Source of the DNA: the human T2T-CHM13v2.0 reference genome, Homo sapiens
DNA length: 64,000 nt
Assembly (NCBI RefSeq): GCF_009914755.1
Contig: NC_060930.1
Reading direction: 5' to 3' (one strand)
Of this stretch, positions 30,650-48,776 are shown one piece after another (within the stretch, counting starts at the first letter, position 1; every line of letters begins with the position of its first letter). Both the position numbers and the translations under genes were made by a program. Below the pieces are notes generated by a model. That model was given only the letters and a program-made list of their open reading frames with translations. It was not told where the DNA came from and made no database searches.

Positions 30650-31350
30650 TCCTTATGGAGTTATGGGTTAGATCTAGCAAGATAAAATTCAACAGGTGAG
30701 ACAGTAAGGTCCTATATGTTTGCATAAATAAAACAACCACACAATTAGAGCAATTTAGCTTTTGGAAGTGTAAAAATGATGTTGGAGTTTTAGTTGACAT
30801 TAAGTTCAAATATGTGTCAGTTGTATGATTATGACCAAGAAAAATCTAATGTGATATGGACCTATAAATAGAAGTATAGAATATAAAATAAGGAATAGAA
30901 AGACTACACCTAAATAATTGATTCCAGTTTGAGATGTCCTACTTTCATAATGGAATAGATATCTGAAGCATTTTCATGGGGGAACTATTAGGGTGGTGAA
31001 GGGCTAAAAAATCGTTCCAAATAGTAAATGACTTAGCCTGAGGAAAAGAAGACTCAGGGAAGGACATAACAGATAGCAGTCTTCAAATATTTGGATTAAT
31101 GTCATGTGGAAAAAGGGTTAGGTTTATTCTGAATAAGCCAAAAGGGTAATGCCAGTTATGGAGATAGTGCAGACATGTTAAGCTCAATATAAAAAATATA
31201 CTAATTATTGTAAAGATGGAATTATATGCCTCACAAGGTGATTCCCTTATCTCCCTTGAAGGTGTGGACAGAGTCTGGAAGAACTCTGGGTCAGGATGAT
31301 GTTGAAGGGATTTAAGGATCAGAAGGAAATTTAGATTAAATTACACCTAA
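30650..31350 (+). mobile_element. L3/CR1 fragment
   Basis: TTAGCCTGAGGAAAAGAAGACTCAGGG..AGCAGTCTTCAAATATTTG is typical of the CR1/L3 3' region. Confidence 0.65.
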
Positions 31351-33545
31351 AATCTCTCTCTACATGAAGTGTCTCAGAGAATAATTTTGTTGTATTATGC
31401 ACATATTTTAATATTCATTGAGCATTCACTATTTGCAGAGTATTTTTTAAATAATTGTGAAGGATACAAAGGGAATCCAAGATATGGCTTCCAGGAGACA
31501 AAGGAATTTTGCAAACAAGACAGAGCCACATAAAACATCAGGAGGAATGGTACATAAACTGAAATTCTATAGTCATTCAAAGAAAGTGGGATCAGTGAAG
31601 ACCTCCAGAAGGAAGTGAGCTCTGAAAGGAGCTTTGAAGATTGGTTTGAATTTGGATAAGTGGTGGTAAGGCACAGAGGTTCTAGGTAATGAAACAAGCA
31701 GGAACAAGTATCAGTTAGGAAAGTAGATATGTATGGCGGGGAAGAAAAATGCTTGCTAGAACAACATTCATTTGTTATTCATTCAACACTTAAGGAGCAC
31801 CTTGGGAAACCACAATGCAAAGCAAGGTGTGAAGGGGGTTACAAAGATGAGCAAAAAAAGATTCCTGCCCTCAAGCAGCTCCCAGCCCAGTAAAATGAAA
31901 ACTAGTGTCAACACCACCCTTCTATAGTAACTTAACTCCTGGGTGATTCAGCCATAAGATAAGTTACTGGAAATTTCTTGGACTGTATTCCTCCAGCTTA
32001 AAAAACTCATCAACATTTCATTCAACAAATATTTATTGAACTTCTGAATTGTTCTGTCTCCTTGGGATATTATCAGTGAGCAAAATAGACAGAGCCCTCA
32101 TGCAGAGCAGAATGTAAGCCAAACATATTTTTTTGTTATTCCCTGGTTCTCCAAGAAAAATAAAACAATATTTATTGTTTTACAAATTTTGAGAGAGCAA
32201 AATCCAAAGAGAAATACCTCTTGGGGTTTTCAGAAGGGTATTTCGAGCCCTGACTGTGGAGCAAATGGCGTGAGATACTCAGCAGTATCTCTTTAAACCT
32301 GTGCTCCTTTCTTGAGCAGCATTTGTATTTTTGTCATCTATGCCATTTTTAGGGGGTTTTGTTTTTGTGTTTTAGCACCTGCAAAATTTAAACTGGAAAT
32401 TTCATCCTTTGTGTCTTAGCTCTTGTCACTCTAAACATCTCTTGTTGTATGAATCCGTATTGGCTCTTCATACAAATAAAATGCAAATCATATCCTTGCC
32501 AGAGCTAAACACTTATCTCAACGAAATCAGAACAAATACTTGAAGGTTAAAACTGAGACTCATTGCTAGCAGAATAAAGAGAAAAACACTGAATGCAACA
32601 TGAATTTTCCACTGAGATGAATTCAAAATGCGAGCCAAAAATTCAGTAAAGATAAAAATACTTCTCATGCCAAATGATGGGTTTCGCTCTTGATAGATAT
32701 CAGACTTCTATCTCCACCATTTTTCTTTCACATGAAACTTAACACTGAGCGTCTGATTGCTTCTCACTATTGAAAAATGCCATATTAAATTTCACAAAGG
32801 GAAGCATGTTAACTTTGGTGTCCAGGTCAAATGACTATTCAAAAGGAGTGGCTTTTCTGGTCAATCAAATACAACTAAGTATTCTACTCACTGATGAGTG
32901 AGTGGCCTGGATTTTGTTCAGTTCTGCCTTTATCTATGTAATTACTTCTCTGGTCCATGGTTCCCTCATTGGTTAACTCTGTGGTGTGAGGCTATGAATA
33001 TCACTATAGCTAGGTCATTGCTTTGCCCCCTTAAGTACACATCAGTTTATTATATTCCATTTTTTAAAGTATTCTCCTTAATGTGTCCAAGAACTTAAAA
33101 TGACTGTATGTATGCCTATGTTAAAATTTTATTTAATATTTTGATAGCATTTTAAACATAATTGGTTGCCTTTATTATTCTATGTATTTTATGATATATG
33201 CTTAAAAATATTAATCTGAGAAGGGATCCATAAACTGCCGAAAGAGTCCATGACACAAAAATGGTCTGGAACCTTTAAGTCTCATACATTTCTGGTAAGG
33301 GAGTAGGACACATTCTCTGACCCACTCTCCATTTGCCCGTTACTACCTTAAGAGAGGTAGTTTTCTAACTAGATATGCTAAAGGGATTCATGAAATAAGA
33401 TACCCACAAAGCAACATTCATAATGGATTGTGTTACATAGCTGGTATTCATAGTTATTTTTTGTGTTCTTGGTATATTTTTCTTTTGTTTGAAATCTAGG
33501 CAGAAGCAGAAATACTAAAATGTAGGTCTGACTTATTGAAAATCA

Positions 33546-33849
<304 letters not shown>

Positions 33850-34110
33850 TATATCATATTAGAGTGAAACATTGTGTCCGTTAGCAGGGAAGTATCTTGA
33901 AGATGATTGAGCTAAGGTAATTAAAGTATGTGTATTGTTTCTGCAGTTTAGATAGCTGCTGCTGTAAACAGTAAGTACTTTCCAAGGGTGTAAAATGATT
34001 TCTGGGTGTAATTAACATAAGCAAATATCCATCAGTGAATTCGTAGACATGAAGTCTATGGATTAATTAATGGAAGCTGTGCAATTGTAGTTATCCTTTT
34101 AAGTATTTTC

Positions 34111-34578
<468 letters not shown>

Positions 34579-35426
34579 TCTTTAAGTATTTTCAGACAGG
34601 AAAAGGGGGAGATATCCTTCTAATGATAAAGTCCATTATTCAGAAATCATTTTAAGAAACATGTAATAATCATTTGGAAGAGATGTTACTTTATGTCATA
34701 TTCTGGTTGTGGTAAACTTCATTTTTCACTTCTACATGGACTATCATGTAAAGAGCTTTAATCCTGGCATCCATGCTTAATGAAGTTAAAAAAAATTATT
34801 TAACTAAGATTAGAAAGATGAAAACAGAATGCTCACCAGCCCATCTATAATTCTCATCAGTTCATTAGAAATCCCTTCTGTGGGTCTCTAAATAACACAA
34901 AAGTTCAAAAATTCTGGGGGGACACAGATATTCAGTCCATAACACTGAGGGTTAAAGGAGGTAGAGTAATTTGCTTAGTGTTACAGAGCTATCTGTCTTA
35001 TAGTTCTGAATAAGTTTTTTAAAATTAAATAGTAAGAATTGTTTTTATAGAATTCTTCCATGAAGGCTGTTCTTTTAGACTAGACCTTTAACATATTCAT
35101 CCAGCTAGGGGAAAAAAGAAATAAAAAAATTCTCTATGAGTAAATATGCGAGTATGTGACCTGTTTGTTCATGTGTAATTATATGTAAACTACATTTATT
35201 GTAAATATTAACTGGCAAGCTTTAAGACTTTTAAAATTACTATTCCTAGGAATTTACCCTTATTAATCATTATGACTTGAGAGGATTTTAAATGACATTA
35301 ATTGTGGCTGCTATTTATCCAGACACTATGCTAAGTCCTTTACTTACCTTATTTCATTGAGATCTCACAACAATACTATGGAAAAAACAATATTATTATC
35401 CCCATTTTACCGATGAGGAAACTCAG

Positions 35427-35775
35427 TATATTAGCTTAGGCTTCCATTACAAAATACCATTGGCTGGGTGGCTTAAAGTCCATGATAAAGGTGCCCATCA
35501 ATTTTGTTCCCTGCCAAGGGCCATCTTCCTGGCTTGCAGATGGCCCCCTTCTCACTGTGCTCTCACATGGTGGAGAGAGGGAGAGGGTTCTGGTTTCTCT
35601 TCCAAGTATTATATGGACACTCATCCCACCTTGAGAGCCCCACCCATATGGCCTCATCTCCACCTAATTACCTTTCAAATGCTCCACCTCCAAATATGAC
35701 TCCTCCACTGAGGGGTAGGGTTTTAATATTTGAATTCTGGGTTCAATTTAACATTTGAATATTCAGTCGATAACA
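35427..35775 (-). mobile_element. MLT1A LTR inserted into a MIR (about 35300-35830)
   Basis: TATATTAGCTTAGGCTTCCATTACAAAATACCAT...ATTCAGTCGATAACA; 5-bp TSD CTCAG/CTGAG splitting the MIR core GATGAGGAAACT.AG. Confidence 0.8.
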
Positions 35776-36099
35776 CTGAGGGTTAAAGGAGGTAGAGTAA
35801 TTTATTTAGTGTTACAGAGCTAGTAAGTGGTTAAAAATAAAGTGCGCTCCAGAGACTTCCTGGGATGATGCTATCCTGGGAAATAATTTTCTGCACTGAA
35901 ATAATATTTTACATTGGTGTGAGGGCTTAAAAAAATCCTCAGCTTGACTTTTCCTTACTACCTCCAGCATAAGCACTCTTTCAAAGAACCATGTGGCTTG
36001 CCTCTCTCCTGGACTGCCTTGCTTATGGTCTGGTTTCCCTGGGAAAAACAAAGGGATTCTTTCAATTCTCTGTCCCATCACATAAATTTGTCAATAAAA

Positions 36100-36620
36100 G
36101 TCCTTCAGTGACCTCCCATTCCGCTTAGAAGAAAATAAAAAATTCCCTCCATGGTTCTCAAGGCCTTCTTGACTTCATGTAACTGACCTTATCTCCAATC
36201 CCCACTCCACTCTGCCTCGTCTGCCCTGACCCAAGCTCTTTCCTGTCCAGCCTTTGCACGGGCTGCTCCATCTGCCTGGAATCCTCTTCCCCACATGAGT
36301 GGAAGGCGTGTTTCTCCTCGTCCTTCAGGATCCCACTCCTCACTCAGGCTTCCCTGACAATCCTGTCTATGTAGCCATGTCCTACCCCTAGCCAGGGGCG
36401 TGTCTGTATGTTTCTCTCTTTTATTTGTCTTCCTAGCTATTAAAGCTACCTGCTATTTCTCCATGTTCTTTTGTTAATCTGATTTATCACCTGCCTCTCT
36501 TAGTTACCTACAAGTTTTCTGTGAACAAGGACTTAGTTTTGTTCATGTTTATATCACCAGTGCCTCAAAAGCACCTGGTATGCAGTAGATGATCAATTAT
36601 TATGTGTTGAATTTATGAAT
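36100..36620 (+). mobile_element. L2 3' fragment
   Basis: TCTGCCTGGAATCCTCTTCCCC...CAGTGCCTCAAAAGCACCTGGTATGCAGTAGATGATCAAT..TGTTGAAT. Confidence 0.65.
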
Positions 36621-38772
36621 GTATCACTCTTAAGAGACAGAAAGAATCCCAGTTCAGAAGTGCTAAGGGGCTATGTCCAAAGTTGTCCGGGATGTAAGAG
36701 ACAAAACCACAACTCACACTTAGGTCTTCTTACTTTATTGGTCTTTCCATTCCTCTCTCCTACCCTTTTCTGTAGAAACAGAATAAGGAGCAAAACACAC
36801 TCCTCTGAAAGTTGAAAGTGGTGAAAGAGAACTGAGATCTACTAAGCATTAAAGCTGTGTCAGATATTACACCAACATTCTCTAAAGTCCTAAGAGGTAC
36901 AGTTACTACCCTCAATTTACAGATGAGGGAAATAAAGCTTAGATGGACTAATTCACTTATTCATGATCACTCAGCAAATCACTGGCAGAGCCTTTGTTCC
37001 AGCCCTGGCTTGTATCTGGTAATAATGCCCTTACTTAGGGGATGCTGACCATGGACATTCGACGAAACCCTTTTCTGGGCTTTCATTAACCTAGGAGTAA
37101 AAGAAAGGGGATAGCTTCACTTTAGATGATAGTGAAATTTTCTAAAATTTATAACACAATCCCCCCTTGCCTCATGCCTCTACGCTTTTGTTTACTATGA
37201 TGGTATTTAAAGCTAAAACAAAACCCAGAAATCTTTGGGTTTTGAAAGCAATCTGTTAAAAACTATAATAATCCATGTATCCTTAGACTTGAGAGCATTT
37301 CTAAATGAAGCTTGCAATCTGATCATTTGGTGATGTTTGGATTATGTGGTTATAGTAGGATTTAAAATGCCTTTTCACACAGATACTATAGAAAGGTGAG
37401 CAGCAGGTTGCACACAGTGACAAATTAGCGGTGCTCTTAGCCAGGCTGTTTAAATTATTTTTAGGCAGGAGACATACTGTACACACCAGGTTTTAGATGC
37501 AAGTAATTACTATGAAATGTTACCTCACTCTTTGCCTGTAGTTAATCTGAGCTCTCCCTATTTCTCTCTCTTTCCTTCCAGTTCTATTCCCTAATACTTC
37601 ATGTATTATCTTCCTTGCAAGTTCCCTTTTTTCTGTGAAATATTTTCTTGTTATATTGGCAAGGATACTTATCCTTACAAAACTGGTAGTGGCTGCAGCA
37701 GCCATGCCCAGAGCTTACTATGCAGAGACTAGTGCCTATATCGGAAGTTGAGACAGGTTGCTATACCAAACCTATCTTTAGTTCACTACCTGTTTGCTTC
37801 ATTAGGTAGAAGCTTTCTCCTAGACTTAGGAGAAGCAAAAACAAACACAAAAAAACAAGCAAACAAAAACAATGCTCCTTTATTTAAAGGAGCATTTTCT
37901 CAGCATCTGAACCAATTATACATGCCTACTTTCCATATCTAAATTTATAGCATAGCACAATGAGAACTCATATTAAATGGAAGACCTTGAGGCTCTGCAG
38001 TATCCTGGATCATCTAACAAAGTTTTTTTATATATTTATATGTGTATATATATCTATACACACATACACACAGATACACCCAAACACTATACATACTAAG
38101 CATTTAACATATTTGAGGAAGTTAACTTTATCACATCACAGTTCACGTTTGTATAACTTCCTAAGAAAAGGTGGAATCTATTACAAAACAAACAGAAAAA
38201 GATGATTTAAAAAGCCCTAAGAGTTGGAGCTGTTTTTATTCCTTCATAGAGCCTGCATTCTAATAACCATTTAATATAACCTCTACCTTGATTTGTACAT
38301 GGACTAAAAAGGTATGACCACTGGGGCTTAGCACTGAAGCAAGAAGAAACAAAAAGAGGTTGAAGGAACACTACTTACATAAGATTTCCAGATGTGGGAT
38401 TACTGTGTATTCAGATTCCTTACACAATATTAATAGCACATATAAAATAATTAAAATTTCTGGGAACTTTTAAGCTGTTTGATGTATCAAGCAGGGTCTA
38501 CCTTCATGTTATAGTGATTGCCAGGTTTCAGATGCTGGGTAGGTGTCAGGTGGATACTTCATTCATGATGCCAATAGAGTGTCAAATAAATATGGATTTT
38601 TTAACTATGAGATAATATATTATCATACTTCTGCACCCTCTTCCAATTATGAGACACAGTTTTCTTTGATGTCACTCAGGCTCAGAAAGTTGAACACCCT
38701 TCACTTGATGTGATTTGGCAATAATTGTCTTTGATGCTGAGAAAACATGCACAGTATGAAGCAGAAAAATAC

Positions 38773-40010
<1,238 letters not shown>

Positions 40011-41487
40011 CTTACACTTTAAAAAAACAGGGAAATCAGTAGTAACAAAACATTACTTAGCATTCAAAGTCCTCAGATGATAATATAATATGAATTTCAC
40101 TCTGAGTAGCTACAATGTTTTCAATATGCTAAGTTTAACCCTAAGAAGGGCAAAGGGCAATAAAACTTAAAGAGTCAGAGGACAAGTAGATTTCTCCTTA
40201 GAATCACACACAGGGTACGTTTCCTGGGCTACTCCACTGAATAGCTTTCAGTTCAATTGAACTCTAAATATTTACCAATTGCCTGTTCTAAGGGACTTGA
40301 TGCAGGGGTTACTGAATTGGGTAAGAAAGGATGAGACCCAGATTTTAAGGTTAAGATGATTTATCAGAGGGGATTACTCAAATACTCAAAGGAAATGACC
40401 AAAAATAGATAAAATAGGGTGTTGCTCATAAGTGAAGTATAGCAAAGTGTTTTCATTTTGACCAATTGCTACAAAATCAATAGAACTGTTGACTTGGAAT
40501 TAGATCATGGTTAATTTGATTGGATCATGACAGTGACAAAAACTGCAAGATTTTCTGTCCAGGGTTCTGACACAGTCTATTGAATTAAATGCGGTTCAAA
40601 TTCAAAGTACCTTCATATTATTCAAAGTTTCGCATAGATGGTGCAATATTATGAAAGGTAAAATGACTGCTCCTAGCTTTGTATGCACTGTGATTAGTGA
40701 AAGCATTATGACACTTTTTTTTTAGTATCTAAATATACCATACCATAAAATGGTAAGTTTTAAAAATAGACTTGATTATTACCAAGCAGTGGCTGGTGAG
40801 GGTAGAAGAGGTTGTCTGGAGTTGATTAAACAGTGGTAGGGGTTCTGGGTTACATGGGACAGATATAGAATACATCTGCATTTGTATAAATTAAAAATCC
40901 TTCTGATAGTCTCTGGAATTTTATATTCTACATTAGCAGTAATATTTGAATTATTGGTTTTATGATCTCTCTTTCGTGGATATAAAAGAACTTAAGTTAT
41001 TTACAACACCTGTTATGTTATTTAGATGATAGTTAGGTTTTATATGCATATTAACAATGTATTTTAATTAAATGATGAAAACAGATGTCATCATTAGCAA
41101 ATGTAATGGGAAGAAAATTACATCTTGTCACTTGCCTTGAAATGCACTCCAGAATGCATTAGAAAATACTGTACCTAATGATGGCTGACTAATTCAGTAT
41201 ACTGTGCAAGTAAAATTCAGGAAGCTTGTATTCTTCTGCTTTTAAAACTGAAAAAGAGGAAGCCTTTTTGGAATAAATTTTTTATTACTCAGCTATTCAA
41301 CTTAAGCTTTACAAATAGAATATTTGATGGCACTGCTTTTAAGAATCTGGATTCAATCTATGTATTTTATTTCATAGTTCTAGATCCTATTTATGTATTT
41401 CAATCCATTGAATAATGTTACACTTCACAGGACCATAATAGATGTTTTATCTGATTTTTGTTCACTGTTTCCTCTATACATTATAAA

Positions 41488-41725
41488 ATAGCTAATATTT
41501 TACTGAGTACTTACTATTGTCTCACACCTCCCTAAGTGCTTTGCATATACATATTAGCCATTTTAATCCTCACAACAACCCCACAGTAGGTAGGCATTAT
41601 TATCCTCCTTTTACAGAGGAAGAGGTGGAGTCTTTGCATGTTAAATAACTTGCCAGATCAGAAGCTAATAAGAGGAAGAGCCCAAGAAAGTTTTGAACCC
41701 AGGAAATTTGGCGCTAGAACCACTG
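41488..41725 (-). mobile_element. MIR
   Basis: ATAGCTAATATTT..TTTAATCCTCACAACAACCC..TTTTACAGAGGAAG..AATAACTTGCC. Confidence 0.78.
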
Positions 41726-42840
41726 GGCTCTGCTCTTTTCTCAAGTATTGGCACACATGGAGATTAAATCTAAAACTAAGAAATATGCTTGTGCACTCAC
41801 TTCTTGGGGTCAAGAAGCAAGTAATATACTTTCCTTCTACACTCAGAGTAGGAGCGGCATATCTTCATTATACCCTCACTAGGGATAAGTGGGTGTTCAG
41901 AACCTCTGAACAGACAAGACAGGAATGTCACAAGTGGCCACATAGAGACCCTGGTAACCAGAATGGGTGAGCACAAACTTTACCAACAGAAGAGTTTGTC
42001 CAGGGAGATGAAGCCATTAGATGTTGTGGAAATTAGGGGACATTGCACTTCTCATTTATTCCCTTGTGGCTCTGTGATTTCTGAGAAACAAAGCAGGTTG
42101 AAGAGCTTTATAGGACCATTGATGTTTTAAAGGAATTATTCTGATCAAATATTAAAAATGTAAGGTAATGATACTTTGTCAAAGTAATGTTGAAAGCTCC
42201 CCTCCCTTAGGTAACACATGCCTGAACATAGTTTTTCACCTAAAAGAAGAAAAGGCAACAAAATTTGGTTAACTCACTAATAAGAAGGATACATTTGATG
42301 TATGTAAATTTATCAGATATTAAACATGAAAAGGAAAACAAGTCTTTCACGTTAAAATTTTTCTGTATATCATTCATTCACCAAGTATTTCAGAGCATTG
42401 GAAATATTTGTGATTCAGCCAATTTACATTTATCAGTGCAGTGATAATACTAATGATAATACTCTTTTTATAAATATCAGATTTTTAGAATCTCCTTTCT
42501 TTTTTTTTGTTTGTTGTGAATCAGCAATGACCATAAAAATGCCGAAAAAATTTTCAGACAAAATTACACGTGTTCCACCAGTGGTTGTATCTTCTGGAGT
42601 TTCCACAAAACAAATTTTGCTTGTGGGCTCATTTTTCACTCTGACTTCCATCTCACAAGATGACCTATTTGCCCCTCGCTAGTGGTCTATTGATAGATCA
42701 TCCAAGCCACTCATACTGATCCCCATCTGCCAGGAAATCCTGCCAGTCATCACTGCCTCCCAAAGTTATCAGCTAAGTGTACTCAGAAACTTAAAAGCGA
42801 AGTACTCTGTTTCCCTCATGTATTATCTATGTCTACGTAT

Positions 42841-43085
42841 AATAATAATAGCTAATATTTATTGAGCTTTTACCATAGGCTAGACACGGTGCTAAGCACT
42901 TTACATTGATTATCTCAATTAACCCTCCCAATAATCTTACAAAGTTGCTATTATTATCACCAGTTCATAAATGAGGAGACTGAGGAACAGAGTTTAAATA
43001 ACTTCCTCATGGTCATGAAGCTGAGAAATAGAACTAGATTTGATCCTGACCAGGCCAGACTCACACTTATGCCTGAACTATTATA
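42841..43085 (-). mobile_element. MIR
   Basis: AATAGCTAATATTTATTGAGC..GTGCTAAGCACTTTAC..ATGAGGAGACTGAGG. Confidence 0.8.
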
Positions 43086-44318
43086 CTTAATTCCTTCCAA
43101 AAAGTGTCCAGTTGTATAATGTAGTTGGGTTGGTTTTTTTCCCTCTTTATAGTAACATAACAAAGCAATTTGGTGAAGATAGTCAACAACAGAGCAAAGG
43201 CAATGTTTACAGTGTGTTGTGCATTCCAGAAGATGCAAGCATGAATTGGTTACTTAACACTTTGGCTTGCTCATATGTGTAGACACCACTGTCTTCTAAA
43301 TTGCCAACACATGGAGTTTGCTCTTTATGCATTAGTTAGGTTGGCATGATCACGTGACACATTCTGGAAAAGTTTGCATGGAGTATGATTAGACCTATTT
43401 AATATCAGTTGATTACATATCTGTTATATAGATGATCCCAATATTACCTATTAAGATTATTTTCTTAAAACTTACTTCATTCCTTTTAAAAATTACATTC
43501 CTAATTCATATCCTACTTTATGATTTCTCATAATTTTACTTGATTTTCTTCTCTTGAATTGTACTGTGAATGAGATAACTTGTTTGTCAAAATATTAAAA
43601 TTACCCTTTCTTGAACGAGGTTTTCAGTTTCAGACCTCTGATATATCTCCAATATTAGAAAGCAGTAATATTGTTCCATAATCTAGAAACAGTATTTCTA
43701 GGACCCAACACATGAGCCTTCTACACATGTAGCACCTCACAGCATTCAGGAACACAGTGAAGGTATTTATTGGGAGATGGAGTGCAGCAGAAAACAAATC
43801 TATGCTAGTGGGCCTCCATGTCCTCAGATGTCTTCATTTAATGCTTACTCGGGAGTGGCCTCCTATGGTAAATTGAAAATGGAATTAAAAATAAATGCTT
43901 GACTGAAGCAATAGACTATAAAACACTAATAGCTAATCATCGGTTATGCTCTTATTTTTTGTAAGTGTCATCTCTCAGTGCTTTCAGAACACTGTGGGAT
44001 GCTGATTGGATGAACTTCATTTTTAACAATGCTAAATGGGGGACCATAAAAACTACCAACAATAGAAAAATATACAAAAACCCTTAATATATAATTTTTT
44101 AAAAGGGTATGTAGAATGATAGTCATCTGCAAAAGAGCAGAAATTGCAACATTTTATAAATTTTTCTTTTGTTCTTTTTCAGCCACCTCTGAAAACACAT
44201 TTTCCTAATAAGTCAAATCTCCTGCTGATTGTACTAATTTTTTTTTAACACATAAGATGTTGTAAAGAAAAGTAATTTAAATAACTGTGACAGAATTGAA
44301 TGCAAAAATAAAATGCTT

Positions 44319-44337
44319 TAGTGCCATCTGCTGGACA
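44319..44337 (-). promoter_or_regulatory. Candidate CTCF site
   Basis: Minus strand GTCCAGCAGATGGCACTA fits the CTCF core CCASYAGRKGGCRC, in apparently non-repeat AT-rich DNA. Motif evidence only. Confidence 0.5.
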
Positions 44338-44804
44338 TTTGCAATAAGAAAAAAGTATACTCATTTTAAACTAAAGACCAAATACGTTTTTAGATACAAA
44401 CTGATAATTTGTAGAACTGTAGTAATTTTCAAAAATTACTCAATAACATCTGGGGTAAATTTCTGAATTACTGAGATATTTAGAATATTGCCTCTGAAGC
44501 AACCTATGTTTAAGCCTGTGTACAAAACACTGTGATGCTTTTTAAAACTCACATATACAAATGTGCACATTTCTGTGATTCATAAAATTGTAAGTTTTAA
44601 ACAGTGATGGATATCAGGTTAAATATGTGTATATAACATAATATTAAATTATTCAGCATATTTTCAGAGGGGTAGTGCCCCAGATTTTGCATTTATGCTT
44701 AAAGTTTCATTGGGATGATTATTTTTATGAAATGAGATGACAGATCTGTGAAAAAATTGCCTTCATTTTCAAGTTTATTCTTAATGTTTGCAGTCTCTGC
44801 CACA

Positions 44805-44965
44805 TGGTGGTCTCTGGATAATTTGCACCAGAACTACTAAAAAAGCTCCTTCCTGGAATTTATCCCAAACCTACTGAATCAGAAGCTCTGTAGGTTTGTC
44901 CAAAAATTTGCATTTTAACAAGCCCCTTAGATAATTCTAATGCATATTAAGTTTGAGGATACCAA
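44805..44965. mobile_element. MER5A-type hAT-Charlie fragment
   Basis: ACCTACTGAATCAGAA..TTGCATTTTAACAAGCCCC..ATTCTAATGCA..AAGTTTGAG. Confidence 0.72.
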
Positions 44966-46294
44966 GGAAACACCTCTTACAAAGCAATAACTTTCCGTTC
45001 CTTTAGCCATAATTAAAATTAGCATTCTGAAAATAGAATGGTGTAGTGGAAAGTTTGAAATAGAGGACCTAATTATCACCAACCATTTTACCAGCCTTAT
45101 GTAAGGCACATAAAGCGTGTCCCTAAATTTTCCCATTTATAAAATGAGGAAATTGTACCCACTAATCTTTGGAGTTTCTCCTGTGTCTATATTTTCCCAA
45201 ATGTTTTCATTTTACACTGGATTTTGGAATCCTTCCTTCATCTTGTCTCACTCTAAGAAAAGTGCTTAAGCGAATGCCATAGTGATGAACCCCAAGTCCT
45301 GGCAAAGAAGAAAACCTTGGTTTTAAGCTTGTACAACTAGATTTCTTAAATTTCAGAAGTGATTCACAAAAAGCGTTGAAGGAGACGACAAAGGCAAATG
45401 GTAGAATAATTCATATTTCTTCCAAAGGAGAGCCTGTATGCTCATATCTAGAATAGCATATTATATTCCTACAGCTGGTGTTAGGTGAAAAATTCACCTA
45501 AGTAAATTTAGATTAGTAAAGTATTGATAATTTTTAATGACACTTGGTAAGAGTTCAAGCTATGAAAGGAAGTTCAAGGCTGAAGGAAAAATACACTGCT
45601 GTAAAAGCGATTTCATCTGAGTTACATACGTTTGCAATTGCAATTGCTTCTTTTTGCAGGATACTATGCATATGCCTGACACCTGTAAACAACTTGTATT
45701 TATAATATCAGGTAATAAAATAATAGAAACTCAAGACCTTCTTATGCTACTTTCTTTGTACTCCCAGAGCCTTAAGGAGTGTGGGTTGTGCAACAGACCT
45801 CAGTAGATGTTTGTTGAATTGATGTTTGGAAGATTCTACTGTGTTTGACAAACAGCTGGAAAGTTTAATTTGATTGTAGTGTAAGATGTATGAGAAAACG
45901 TATGTGAGAGATGCTAATAGATAAGTAAGTGGGGACCTTGTACCACAGGATGAGAAATTGAACTACCTCAGAGATGATATTTAATCAGTAGATTGACATG
46001 ATTGGTTCAGTTTATTAGGAAGATCATTCAGGCGGTATGAAAGATGCACTAGAATGATGGAAACCATCGGCAGGAAGCCTAGTTAGAAAGCTAATGAAAT
46101 AATACAAGCTAAGAATAATGAGGGCCTTCATTCACAGGTGATAGATTTGTGCTGTGCATTAAATCACTACAGAAAGAAGGAGGTTGTTTGTTCGTTTGAT
46201 TGTATATGTACCTTGTATCTCAGTCCAAGTTTTACGTTGATTTGCTGTCCCTGCAGCTTCTTAACCAGATAAAATGAGCGAGACAGACACAAGT

Positions 46295-47942
<1,648 letters not shown>

Positions 47943-48035
47943 ATAAGTAATTTGCTTGGGGAACTGAATCTATTTTTTAAATTTCCTGGTGGTGGCAAAA
48001 TGCTTTCCATAGTAATGTATGCTTAGTGTATGATG

Positions 48036-48132
48036 AAGAAAAAGAAAGGGAGGGAGAGGAGAGAAGAGAAGAGAGGGAAGGAGAGGTGAGGAGGGGAAGG
48101 AAAGGAGGGGAAGAGAGGGAGGGGAGAGAGAT
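48036..48132 (+). repeat. GA-rich polypurine low-complexity tract
   Basis: About 95 nt almost entirely A/G. Confidence 0.85.
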
Positions 48133-48591
48133 AAAATGGAAAATGAATGGGAAAGGGAGATCTTAGACTTAGACTCAGATATTGTTCACCCCTGGTACAG
48201 TGGAAGGAATTAAGCAATTTGACATAGATTAGAGGATTGTAGCTGAAGTGGAAGACTGACCCTCACAATATACATTTCAAAATCATTTTAGGAAGTCTTA
48301 CGAAAAAGCTAGAAATCTGAAAACTGCATTTCATAGACTCTCCTGCAGCTAGAATTCCTGATGTAATTTAGGTTCCATCAGTCAAATGGGCTTGCATGAG
48401 ATTTGAATTGAAACTGATTTAGATGCAGAGCCACGACAACACACTGGGCATCATTTTCCCGGGATCTCCTGCTGTGGCTCTTGTGGTGGCTTCTAGATCA
48501 GAATACCTTAGCTGAGGTGGTAGGACACTAACACTAGCCATTTGGACAGTAGGTTTCTGATTTCTGCGGCTTCCTGATTGAGGAATTTGGT

Positions 48592-48776
48592 ATTTTTGTT
48601 TTGTTTTGTTTTTTGTATTAGACAGGGTCTCACCCTGTCAACCAGGCTGGAGTGCAGTGGCATGATCATGGCTCACTGTAGCCTTGACCTCCGAGGCTTA
48701 AACAATCCTACCATGTCAGCCTCCTGAGTAGCTGGGTCTACAGACATGCACCACCATGCCTGGCTAATATATTTTT
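48592..48776 (-). mobile_element. AluJ right arm and tail, split at the A-rich linker by L1
   Basis: (TTTTG)n tail, AGACAGGGTCTCAC...GGCTAAT, stops at the linker. Confidence 0.85.
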
